The notes beneath the pieces are model-generated. The model saw only the letters and a list, made by a program, of their open reading frames with translations, ran no database searches and was not told the DNA's origin. Position numbers and translations under genes: made by a program. A stretch of 64,000 nucleotides of DNA from a virus, in the IMG/VR virus record IMGVR_UViG_3300048592_000616, positions 1 through 64,000 of that record, one strand, 5' to 3'. Within the stretch, counting starts at the first letter, position 1; each line of letters begins with the position of its first letter. Shown in pieces: positions 35,982-44,545 of the stretch.

Positions 35982-36214
35982 CTTCAGCCCACGCCAACCA
36001 GACGCACAGCAGAACATATGTCTATTCGTATAGCCATTGGACACTATGCTTTGTTGGCGTTCAACAAGACCAAGAAAAAACCAAACGAAGGTCAGTGAAT
36101 TTTGGAGGAAGGTAGATGATCACGGAGGGCAGCGGTACTAGCGGGGGTAAGCAGTGTAACCGGCGCGGCGACGTCATGTAGGGGACGACCGGCCGGTAAG
36201 GGGGGTAAGCCACG

Positions 36215-36931
36215 ATGGCGACATTGACGAAGGAAGAACAGGCGCGTATTGAAGCCGAGGCTGAGAAGCTGGCAATGGCGACGACGCTGGCGACGGCCGA
36301 CGATCTCCAGGCGGCCGTCGATTCATGGGTGACGACGCTGAGCGGTGGGGCCAAGCGTCGCTCGACGTTGTTGGCTGTGGCGGCCGGTGAGGTCAACGGG
36401 CAGTCGCGCAACGAGATATTCAGCCGCAAGGACGTGGTCAACATCCGCACCTTCTACCATGCCGACAAGGGGTACTTCAACGACCCGGAGTTTCGGCTGG
36501 CGCTGGAGGTGGTCACGCGGCTGTACCGGCGCTGGGAGGCGTTGGAGACAACGCGCTTCCTGGCCGAGCGGCAGGCGGCGTTCCGCGAGAAGACCTTCAA
36601 GACGGCCGACAAGATGCTGGAGCGGGCGCAAGAGATGTTGGAGTTCCCGCTGCGGCGGACGGAGAAGTCCGAAGACGGTCAGACCGTCATCATCCAACCG
36701 GCCGCCTGGAACCTCGGCAACGTGCCCGGCCTGGTCACGACGGCCGACAAGGTGGGCCGTCTCGCGCTGGGGATGGAGGGCGAACGCGCGGCCGTAGACC
36801 TGACATGGGCCGAAGCGCTGCCGGACGGGATCACCGTCGAGGAGGCCGAGGAGGCCAAGCGGCAGTTTGCCAAGCTGCTGGCGGCGCAGTCGCTGCGTGC
36901 GGCCGACGAAGGCGACGAGGACAGCGAGTAA
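36215..36931 (+). CDS. Putative terminase small subunit
   Basis: HTH-like N-terminus, long helices, VGRLALG; lies upstream of terL. Confidence 0.5.
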   Translation: MATLTKEEQARIEAEAEKLAMATTLATADDLQAAVDSWVTTLSGGAKRRSTLLAVAAGEVNGQSRNEIFSRKDVVNIRTFYHADKGYFNDPEFRLALEVVTRLYRRWEALETTRFLAERQAAFREKTFKTADKMLERAQEMLEFPLRRTEKSEDGQTVIIQPAAWNLGNVPGLVTTADKVGRLALGMEGERAAVDLTWAEALPDGITVEEAEEAKRQFAKLLAAQSLRAADEGDEDSE

Positions 36932-37029
36932 GATGGTCAAGTCGGTCTCAGCGCGCTTACCTGCATTGAAAGACCCACATTTGCGACTATTTCGCAAATA
37001 CGGCCGTTTCGTGATGGAAAAATGGTGAG

Positions 37030-37275
37030 ATGACCGTCCGCTACAACCGCAACCAGCGCCGATGGTGGGCCGACGACGGCCGGTGGACCGTCTGGGAGAA
37101 CCGACGGCCGATCGAGGGCGGCATGGGCGGGTACACGGCCGTGGACTACGTGAATAACGATGTGTGGCGCGGGCTACTGACGCTGGGCGAGGCCCTGGTG
37201 ACGGTCGCCCCGGCCGACGACGTGCAAGCGGCGCTGGCTTTGACATTCCCCAAGGAGACAGAGAGCGATGGATGA
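37030..37275 (+). CDS. Hypothetical protein
   Basis: ORF coupled to the next gene. Confidence 0.5.
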   Translation: MTVRYNRNQRRWWADDGRWTVWENRRPIEGGMGGYTAVDYVNNDVWRGLLTLGEALVTVAPADDVQAALALTFPKETESDG

Positions 37276-37639
37276 CAGTGCGCAGTTTGAGTACGACGTG
37301 GTGTGGCAGTTGGCCGAGCTGAACCGCCGACTGAACGCCGATCTGCAACGGGAGCGCGTCCGGCGCATCGCGGCCGAGACGGTGCTGGCGCAGAACGGCA
37401 TCGAGATCGCCCGCATCCGCTACGGCGGTGAGGAGGTCGAACACGGCGACCCGGTGACGGTCGTCGCCGTGGAGCGGGAGAGCGACGGGGCCGACGACCG
37501 GCCGCTGCCGGAGGCGCAGTACGAGACGGCCGACGGCGACGGGTACACCGAGGCGATCAACCGGGGTGACGTGGACCCCACGTGGCCGGGTGCGCCCGCC
37601 TTCCTCGAAGAGCTGAAGCGGGCCGGGGTGGTGTGGTGA
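37268..37639 (+). CDS. Hypothetical protein
   Basis: AAGGAG RBS. Confidence 0.55.
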   Translation: MDDSAQFEYDVVWQLAELNRRLNADLQRERVRRIAAETVLAQNGIEIARIRYGGEEVEHGDPVTVVAVERESDGADDRPLPEAQYETADGDGYTEAINRGDVDPTWPGAPAFLEELKRAGVVW

Positions 37640-37784
37640 TGGGCAAGAATGGACATGATAGCAAAATTCCAGTGCCGCCAAGCCCAAACACGACAGAGAT
37701 AAGGACCGGCGGGGCGGTTGGTTGGGAGCTGGCCGTGCTGGTTGCCGTGGCGCTAATGGTGTTGAAGATGCTGGGGGCGTGGTG

Positions 37785-38411
37785 ATGGGTGGCGGCGACA
37801 TGGTCAGCGGCGCGCCCGCGGCCGTCAACGGCGGCCTCATTGTCGGCCGGGAGCTGCGCGAGTTGGTCATGGAGGCCATCGACCTGGCGATACCCACTCA
37901 GAAGCGGACCAACAACGTGCCCTCGTGGGGGCTGGGACCGGCCGGGTACGACGTGCGGTTGCGGCAGTTGATGGTGCGGCAGTTCGCCCTCGCCGACCCC
38001 GGCGAGGCGGCCGATCCGCAGCTCATCGACCCGATGGACGACAGCCAGGGACCGTACATCTCGCTGCCCATCGGCGTCGCCAAAGACGGCCGCGACTACG
38101 TGATCATCAGCCCCCGCGCGGCCGTGTATGCCGAGACGGTCGAGGCGTTCGACATCCCCGACGACGTGCTCGTCCTGCCGGTCGGCAAGTCCACCTACAC
38201 CCGGCACGGGCTGGCGCTGCTGGCGACGCCGTTTGAACCGGGCTGGCGCGGCTGGCCGCGGGTGACACTGGTCAACACCACCGACCGGCCGATCAAGTAT
38301 TACCTCGGCGGCGGCGGGATGCAGTGTCTGTTCTTCCGCGTCCCCGGCGCGACGGCCTACGACGGCCGTTATCAGGATCAGCAACCGACCCAGGATGGCC
38401 GAAGCGCGTAA
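37785..38411 (+). CDS. dcd: dCTP deaminase
   Basis: GLGPAGYDVRL, GKSTYTRHG, TPFEPGWRG, YDGRYQDQ. Confidence 0.85.
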   Translation: MGGGDMVSGAPAAVNGGLIVGRELRELVMEAIDLAIPTQKRTNNVPSWGLGPAGYDVRLRQLMVRQFALADPGEAADPQLIDPMDDSQGPYISLPIGVAKDGRDYVIISPRAAVYAETVEAFDIPDDVLVLPVGKSTYTRHGLALLATPFEPGWRGWPRVTLVNTTDRPIKYYLGGGGMQCLFFRVPGATAYDGRYQDQQPTQDGRSA

Positions 38412-41175
38412 CTTGCTGGACCCCGCGGCGTGGAAGGATCGAGCGGCCTACGACCGCTGGATGGCCGAGGCGCGCGCCGATGCCGCGGCGTTGAAGTCCA
38501 CCGGCTGGCGACCGGCGGCCGACAACTGGCGCAAGCGCATCCCGGCCATCTTCGCGCCGTATCTGTGGCACCCGTTCTCCGATCCCCACATCGAGCTGTG
38601 GGACTGGGCGGCGGCCGTTGAGCGCGACACGTCCCCGCGGCCGTTCGTGGCCATCTGGCCACGGGGTAGGGGCAAGTGCCTGGACGGAGATACTCCGATA
38701 CAAATGGCCGACGGGCAGCGAGTCCCCATCCGGGACGTCCAGGTGGGAGATCGCGTCGTATCATGGGACGCGGCCGCGGGAGACTTTGCGCCACGGCCCG
38801 TCACCCGGAAATGGGATAGCGGCAGCAAGCCATGCATTCGCGTGAAAACGACGACGCGCGAGATTACGCTTACTCCGGCGCATCGAGTGCTTACTTTCAA
38901 CGGATGGAAAACGGCCGGGGAGCTTGAGCCCGGGGATCGCATTGCCTCACCAAGGAGGATACCGCTTGAGCGGGCGGCGGCGCGACCGATTGAGGAAGCC
39001 AAGCTGCTGGCCTATATGATCGCCGAGGGTGGCTGCGGGCCAAATGCCGGCACTCCACTTTTTACAAATTTTGACGAGCCGGTCGTGGAAGACTCTAAGC
39101 GATGCGCGGCGGCCGTTGGGCTTACCGTGAACGACAGGGCGCGACAGGGGCATTACAGCCTGACGAATGGTGGTTTGCAATGGACGAAAGATCAAGGGAT
39201 CGCGGGACATCTGGCATTGACGAAGCGCGTCCCTCAGTGGGTATTCGGGCAGCCGGAAGCGCATCGCTGGGCCTTCTTATCGGCCATGATGGATACCGAT
39301 GGCTGGTTCTCCTGTGACCGTGGCGGGATTACCCTCGCTAACGAGGGACTTATTGATGACCTGCGGACGATATTTCTATCGGTCGGCATTTACGGGAACG
39401 TTATATTTAAGAAGAACGACTTCGCCAGCGCGTGGCAGTTTGAGATGGATCAGGAGTGCCTGTCGCTTGCCCTTCACAAAATGGTGATGATAAACAAGAC
39501 CGGTCGGTTGAGGGAGGTGCTCAAAACCAATCGCTATAGCTTGATCGATACATACCCCAAAGAGATACTCCGAAACTTACCGAAGGGGATGAATCGCGCG
39601 TTGCGAAATAAGTATGGGCTGCGGGCGACGACGTCGTACGCCGTAACGCGGCCGAAACTGCGGCGGGCCATCAAAGCCTTCCCTCTTGATCGGTGGGTTC
39701 AACTTGAGAGCCAGCCTATATTTTGGGACGCGGTCTCGTCAATCGAGGAGGCCGGAACCCGGCCGACTTATGATATCGAGGTGGCCGGTACTCACAACAT
39801 GATCAGCGGCGGGCTGATCACTCATAACAGCACGGCGGCCGAAATGGTCACGGTGGACTGGGGTGGCCGGGGGGCGCGACGGTACATCCTATACTGCAGC
39901 GAGACGCAGGACCAGGCCGACAAACACATCGCCACCATCCAGCGCATGCTCGAGCGCGAGGCGGCCGAAGCGTACCCCAACTCCGTCGGGCGGCCGCGCA
40001 TCGGCAAGCACGGCAGCAAGACGTGGCGGCGCGAGGTGATGACCACAGTCTCAGGGTTCACGGTCGAGGCCATCGGTCTCGACAAAGCCGTTCGGGGACA
40101 GAAGATCGACTGGGCGCGACCGGACGGGATCATCCTCGACGACGTGGACGCCCGGCACGACACCGAGAACGCCGTCCGCAAGAAGATCGAGACGATCACC
40201 GGCAGCATCCTCCCGGCCGGTGCGTCCAACTGCGCGGTGCTGTTCGTGCAGAACCTCATTCATGAGAACAGCATCGCCCACATGCTCAGCAAGCGGCCGG
40301 GCACGCCCGGCGCGGCCGACTTTTTGGCCAACCGCATCATCAGCGGCCCCCACCCGGCGATGGAAGGGTTGCAGTACGAGTACCAGGCCGACGCCGAGGA
40401 AGGGCGGCACTGGGTGATCACGGCCGGTCGCTCGCTGTGGCGCGGGTTCGATGTGGCCGTGTGCCAGGAGGAGATCAACCGCGCCGGGCCGACATCGTTT
40501 GAGTTGGAGAGCCAGCACGAGGTCGATACGGCCGATCCGCAGGCGCTGCTGACGCCGGAGCAGCTCGACGCGACGCGGGTGTTCACCCAGCCCGACCTGG
40601 CGCGCATCGTCATCGGCGTGGACCCATCGGGCGGCACCGGCCAAGTCGGCATCGTCGGAGTGGGAACGGCCGTGCTGGGCAAGGTGACGCACGGGTACAC
40701 CGTCGCCGACAACTCGACTCCGGCGGGGACGGGATCGGCCGAGTGGGCGGCGGCCGTGTTGCGGCTGTACTACGCCCTCGGGGCCGACGCCGTCGTCGTC
40801 GAGACGAACTTCGGCGGCGACATGGCGGCCGAGAACATCCGCGCCGTCCGGTTGACCGGGCCGGACGGGGAGCTGCTCGTGGATGGGAAAGACGTGGCTA
40901 TCGTCCAGGTGTGGGCCAGCCGGGGCAAGGAAGTCCGGGCGCAACCCGTGGCCACGCTGTTCCAGCTCGGCAAGGCCCACCACGTCGGCCACTACCCGGA
41001 GCTGCAGAAACAGTGGACGCGCTGGGTGCCGGGGACCAAGCCCAGCCCGGACCGGATGGACGCCGAGGTGTGGGGGTATACGTACCTCATGCTGGGCGAA
41101 GGGATCAAGGGGAGCGGCGAACGGCCGACGGCCAGCAAGGGGCGCGTCGTCAGGGCCGAAGACCTGTTTGGGTAA
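38395..41175 (+). CDS. terL: Terminase large subunit with intein
   Basis: PRGRGK/S Walker A, IILDD, IGVDPS, VETNFGG, RGKEVRA, SPDRMDA. Confidence 0.92.
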   Translation: MAEARNLLDPAAWKDRAAYDRWMAEARADAAALKSTGWRPAADNWRKRIPAIFAPYLWHPFSDPHIELWDWAAAVERDTSPRPFVAIWPRGRGKCLDGDTPIQMADGQRVPIRDVQVGDRVVSWDAAAGDFAPRPVTRKWDSGSKPCIRVKTTTREITLTPAHRVLTFNGWKTAGELEPGDRIASPRRIPLERAAARPIEEAKLLAYMIAEGGCGPNAGTPLFTNFDEPVVEDSKRCAAAVGLTVNDRARQGHYSLTNGGLQWTKDQGIAGHLALTKRVPQWVFGQPEAHRWAFLSAMMDTDGWFSCDRGGITLANEGLIDDLRTIFLSVGIYGNVIFKKNDFASAWQFEMDQECLSLALHKMVMINKTGRLREVLKTNRYSLIDTYPKEILRNLPKGMNRALRNKYGLRATTSYAVTRPKLRRAIKAFPLDRWVQLESQPIFWDAVSSIEEAGTRPTYDIEVAGTHNMISGGLITHNSTAAEMVTVDWGGRGARRYILYCSETQDQADKHIATIQRMLEREAAEAYPNSVGRPRIGKHGSKTWRREVMTTVSGFTVEAIGLDKAVRGQKIDWARPDGIILDDVDARHDTENAVRKKIETITGSILPAGASNCAVLFVQNLIHENSIAHMLSKRPGTPGAADFLANRIISGPHPAMEGLQYEYQADAEEGRHWVITAGRSLWRGFDVAVCQEEINRAGPTSFELESQHEVDTADPQALLTPEQLDATRVFTQPDLARIVIGVDPSGGTGQVGIVGVGTAVLGKVTHGYTVADNSTPAGTGSAEWAAAVLRLYYALGADAVVVETNFGGDMAAENIRAVRLTGPDGELLVDGKDVAIVQVWASRGKEVRAQPVATLFQLGKAHHVGHYPELQKQWTRWVPGTKPSPDRMDAEVWGYTYLMLGEGIKGSGERPTASKGRVVRAEDLFG
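38677..39828 (+). mobile_element. Intein with LAGLIDADG homing endonuclease (384 aa)
   Basis: Starts CLDGDT, TPAHRV block B, YMIAEG and AMMDTDG motifs, ends YDIEV...ITHN/S; lower GC than flanks. Confidence 0.93.
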
Positions 41176-41179
41176 ACCA

Positions 41180-41365
41180 ATGACGAAGACAACGGAAACA
41201 GACCTTTACAACGAAGCACTCGCGGCCGCGGACCGGCTGCGGGCATTCATACAGGACCGATACGCCACGAAGTCAGTGACCCGGAAGAGCGCGGCCGAAC
41301 TGCGCGATCTCATCCGGGCAGTCGATGCACTCCTGGCGGTCCTACCGGATGACCAGCAGCAGTGA
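41180..41365 (+). CDS. Hypothetical protein
   Basis: Small ORF following terL. Confidence 0.5.
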   Translation: MTKTTETDLYNEALAAADRLRAFIQDRYATKSVTRKSAAELRDLIRAVDALLAVLPDDQQQ

Positions 41366-41594
41366 TGACATCTTCGGCGGCAACCGCGCGCCGGTCGCGG
41401 TTACCCACGGCAAGCCCGCGGCCGCGCGGCCGCCGCGCAAACCGGCCACCCGCGAGGAGAAGCTGGAGAAGTTCCTGCGGCGCATCGCTGGGTTGCAACC
41501 CGGCCGGTACGTCATCGTGATCACCGTTTCAGCCACGGGCCTCCAGGACTGGAGCGTACAAGAAACAGGCAAAGTAGAAGGAGACAACATCTGA
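41349..41594 (+). CDS. Hypothetical protein
   Basis: Overlapping-coupled ORF. Confidence 0.5.
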   Translation: MTSSSDDIFGGNRAPVAVTHGKPAAARPPRKPATREEKLEKFLRRIAGLQPGRYVIVITVSATGLQDWSVQETGKVEGDNI

Positions 41595-41953
41595 TGGCAG
41601 AAGGAACCGTGAAACTTATCAAAGACAGCGCCGGGCTGCGGACGGCCGGGGGGCGCGTGCTCCTCGACAGCGACGGACTGCATACGGCCGGGTTCCGGCT
41701 CGACCGTATGCTGGGGGAGGGTCCGTTCCCGCTCCCGGTGCGGGATGTGGTCGTCAAGGACATCTGGCCGGAGACGCGCCGGATCGTCTTCTGGGCGACG
41801 CAACCGGCGCTGGAGACCATCCGCGCCCGCGAGTTCGGCCGCCTGCGGCCGTGGGACCCGGAAGTGACCAGCCTGTGGGGTCTGGACGTATCGCCACTGT
41901 ACGACTTCGACGCGGTGGCCGACTACATCCAGCGCCTGGAAGACGGAGAGTAA
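41594..41953 (+). CDS. Hypothetical protein
   Basis: AAGGAG RBS; TGATG coupling. Confidence 0.6.
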   Translation: MAEGTVKLIKDSAGLRTAGGRVLLDSDGLHTAGFRLDRMLGEGPFPLPVRDVVVKDIWPETRRIVFWATQPALETIRAREFGRLRPWDPEVTSLWGLDVSPLYDFDAVADYIQRLEDGE

Positions 41954-42159
41954 CCAATGGCATCAAGAGTCAAACCAAGCAAGAAGCGCAAGACCCCGCG
42001 GCCGACCCGCCCGCCGCCACCACGTCCGACCCCGCGCCCGACGACCCGCCCGCCGCCTAGCGCCGCCCCACACTGTATTACCATTGTATTACCCGCCGAC
42101 GGCCGCTTATACGGCCGTCGGCGGGTTGCGTTTGGGGCAGGGCGGCCGGTTGCAGTTGG

Positions 42160-42207
42160 TTGACGGTTTGCGCGTTACGTGATATGATACGGGCATACTT
42201 AACGAAC
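42160..42207 (+). promoter_or_regulatory. Promoter family copy C with operator
   Basis: TTGACG-17-TATGAT; TATGA-tacgg-GCATAC; aacgaac. Confidence 0.75.
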
Positions 42208-42234
42208 GGCCGGGCGGCCGACTGGAGATAACCG

Positions 42235-42621
42235 ATGGCGAAGAAAACCTACACGATCCCTTTCCAAAACGGCACAACCCGCGTTGTGACCATGAGCGCC
42301 GTGGTTGGCGACGAGGTCTTTGGGGTGCACCGCAGCATCGACCGCAAGAAGGGCTGGACCCTGACACACCTACCGACCGGCCTCAAGCTGGCCTACCTCG
42401 ATCTCAAGCGGACGGCCGTGGGCTGTGCGGAGAACCTGCTCCAGGAAGTGCCGGACGTGGACTGGTCGCTGGCCGACGGAGACGAGATGGTCGGTCGATA
42501 CGGCCGTGACTTGAACGGCGCGGCCTACATCGTGAAGTGCTGGGAGGACGGCCGGATAACGGAGCCGATCACCGTCAAGCAGGCCAAGACCTGGGCCGAG
42601 AACCGGAACCCGCTGGGGTAG
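42235..42621 (+). CDS. Hypothetical phage protein
   Basis: WTLTHLPTG motif; GGAG RBS. Confidence 0.7.
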   Translation: MAKKTYTIPFQNGTTRVVTMSAVVGDEVFGVHRSIDRKKGWTLTHLPTGLKLAYLDLKRTAVGCAENLLQEVPDVDWSLADGDEMVGRYGRDLNGAAYIVKCWEDGRITEPITVKQAKTWAENRNPLG

Positions 42622-42656
42622 CAAGTTAGTTCATAATAACCCATAAGGAGATACCG

Positions 42657-43607
42657 ATGAGTGACCTAGACTTTTTCAATGATGCGGCCGTAGACCCGGC
42701 CTTGTACGAAGCGGAGAAGGCCGTGCGCGTGTCCTTCCCGACGATCAGCTGGCAGGGGCAGCACGGCAGCCCCATCGTGGGCACGTGGGCGCTCGACGAC
42801 AACGGCGGGGAGTTGCCCGGCCCGTTCTGGCGACGGGAGAAGGTCCAGTTTGGCGGCAACCCCAACAGCCCGTATGTGGACGCGATGCTGACCGAGCGCC
42901 TGCGCTGCTGCGTCCTGGGATTCCGGCAGCGGTGGTCGGCGACCGACCCCAACGGCACGGTCCACTGCTACCCCGACGCCACGCCGCCCAACCAGCGGCC
43001 GCAGGGACGGCCGCAGAGTCACCTGCAAGTGGCCGTGACCATGCCCGGCGACCCGACGGCCGTCTATGCCCTCGGCCTGAACGGCCCCAGCAAGACTAAG
43101 CCGTTCCTCAATGAGAACGACGGGGCGGAGAACGCCATGCCGCTCGGTGTGTGGCCTCGCCTGCGCCGCTATGCGGCGGCCGCCAGTGAGCAGCAGGGCC
43201 AGCGCATCCCGGCGCTGTGCACGTGGTGGATCGACCTCGTGCCTCACCGGGCCGCGGCCGGATCGCCCCGCGCCGGGGAGTTCATCTACGTCACCGAGGG
43301 CACCACGAAGGTCGCCCACATGCTGCCCTACGTGGCCGACCTGCGCACCGACCGCGACAAGGGCGGCGATGCCAACGACGGCACGGTCCACCACCCGCGC
43401 ACGCGCTTTGTCGGCCGTGACTTGTTCACCGAGTATCAGCGCATCTACAAGGCGACGATCCGCGACTGGGCGGCCGAGTGGGATACGGCGTACACGGCCG
43501 AGCCGGAGGAAGACGGCGGCCCCTACCCGCCCGCCCCGGCCGCGTCCGGTCCCAGCCCTGCCGGACGACGGCCGTCGCCGCCGGAGCCGCCCGACGACTG
43601 GCTGTAG
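42657..43607 (+). CDS. Hypothetical protein, possibly ssDNA-binding
   Basis: AAGGAG RBS; Pro-rich linker and acidic-aromatic tail DDWL. Confidence 0.65.
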   Translation: MSDLDFFNDAAVDPALYEAEKAVRVSFPTISWQGQHGSPIVGTWALDDNGGELPGPFWRREKVQFGGNPNSPYVDAMLTERLRCCVLGFRQRWSATDPNGTVHCYPDATPPNQRPQGRPQSHLQVAVTMPGDPTAVYALGLNGPSKTKPFLNENDGAENAMPLGVWPRLRRYAAAASEQQGQRIPALCTWWIDLVPHRAAAGSPRAGEFIYVTEGTTKVAHMLPYVADLRTDRDKGGDANDGTVHHPRTRFVGRDLFTEYQRIYKATIRDWAAEWDTAYTAEPEEDGGPYPPAPAASGPSPAGRRPSPPEPPDDWL

Positions 43608-43687
43608 GCAGTAAACCCGGCCGCCCGGCCCCCGCCAAACAGCAACATTTTGTAGACCAATTTATGAGATGTTGCTGTTTTTGTGTC

Positions 43688-43721
43688 GTTATGTGGTATG
43701 ATATGTGCATACTAAACGAAC
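43688..43721 (+). promoter_or_regulatory. Promoter family copy D with operator
   Basis: TGgTATGAT; GTATGA-tatgt-GCATAC; taaacgaac. Confidence 0.7.
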
Positions 43722-43758
43722 GGGCACGGACCCGAAATTCAGACGGAGGTTAACTCTC

Positions 43759-44277
43759 ATGGCAACCAGATCATACGTCATCTTCCACAATGCGGCCGAA
43801 GGGTTCTACACCGGCGCGTACATCCACTGGAGCGGCGCGCCGTTGCCGGGGGACTGGGTGGGCGGCATCCTGCAGGACCACTATCAGGACCCGGCCAAAA
43901 TTCGCAAGGCCATCGCCCTGGGGTCATGCAGCATCCTGGCGGCCGATCCCGGCGACGAGGCCCACCCCTTCGAGGCGGCCAACGACTACGCGGATCGTGG
44001 GGTCAGCACGTACTACCGCCGCGACCGGGGGGATGCGTGGGACCACACGGCCCCGCAGTGGTCGGGCGACTTGTACCCGATGCTGAACACGGCCTTGGAG
44101 GGGATGGGCTGCGAGTACGTCTACCTGTGGACGGACCGGGGCGATGGCCCGCAGTGGTACTGGGCGGCGCTGTGCTGGGGCGACGTGTACGATGCGGAGT
44201 CGGTGCTGGACTGGGAGCCGCTCGGTCCGCACCTGGCGGCCGTCATTGCCGAAGAGGCGGCGCGGGACCAGATGTAA
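43759..44277 (+). CDS. Conserved phage hypothetical protein
   Basis: MATRS...YIHWSG...EYVYLW; GGAGG RBS. Confidence 0.7.
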   Translation: MATRSYVIFHNAAEGFYTGAYIHWSGAPLPGDWVGGILQDHYQDPAKIRKAIALGSCSILAADPGDEAHPFEAANDYADRGVSTYYRRDRGDAWDHTAPQWSGDLYPMLNTALEGMGCEYVYLWTDRGDGPQWYWAALCWGDVYDAESVLDWEPLGPHLAAVIAEEAARDQM

Positions 44278-44348
44278 CCCCCACCGCCCCCGGCGGCCGC
44301 CTGGAGAACGGCCGCCGGGGGCGCACCCCGTCAATTTGTTGAATCATT

Positions 44349-44417
44349 GGATCAATGCTATAATTGATCCCGTCGCAAGGTTCCGAACGGTTGCAGAGTC
44401 GGCCGGTCGGTTCCCCA
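44349..44417 (+). promoter_or_regulatory. Late promoter region
   Basis: TGcTATAAT inside palindrome ggatcaat...attgatcc, followed by the GGTTCC-gaac-GGTTGC motif. Confidence 0.6.
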
Positions 44418-44474
44418 GACGGTAACTGAATCATTTCGCCGGGCCATCATACCCGGCCGACGCCAGGACCACAG

Positions 44475-44510
44475 AAACACGGCACACCCTCAAGGTGTGC
44501 CGTGTTTTTT
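44475..44510 (+). terminator. Terminator in the leader of the capsid operon
   Basis: aaacacggcacacc-ctcaa-ggtgtgccgtgtttttt. Confidence 0.8.
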
Positions 44511-44545
44511 GTTTCCGGGTGAGCGAAGGGAACAGGGGGAAGTGA

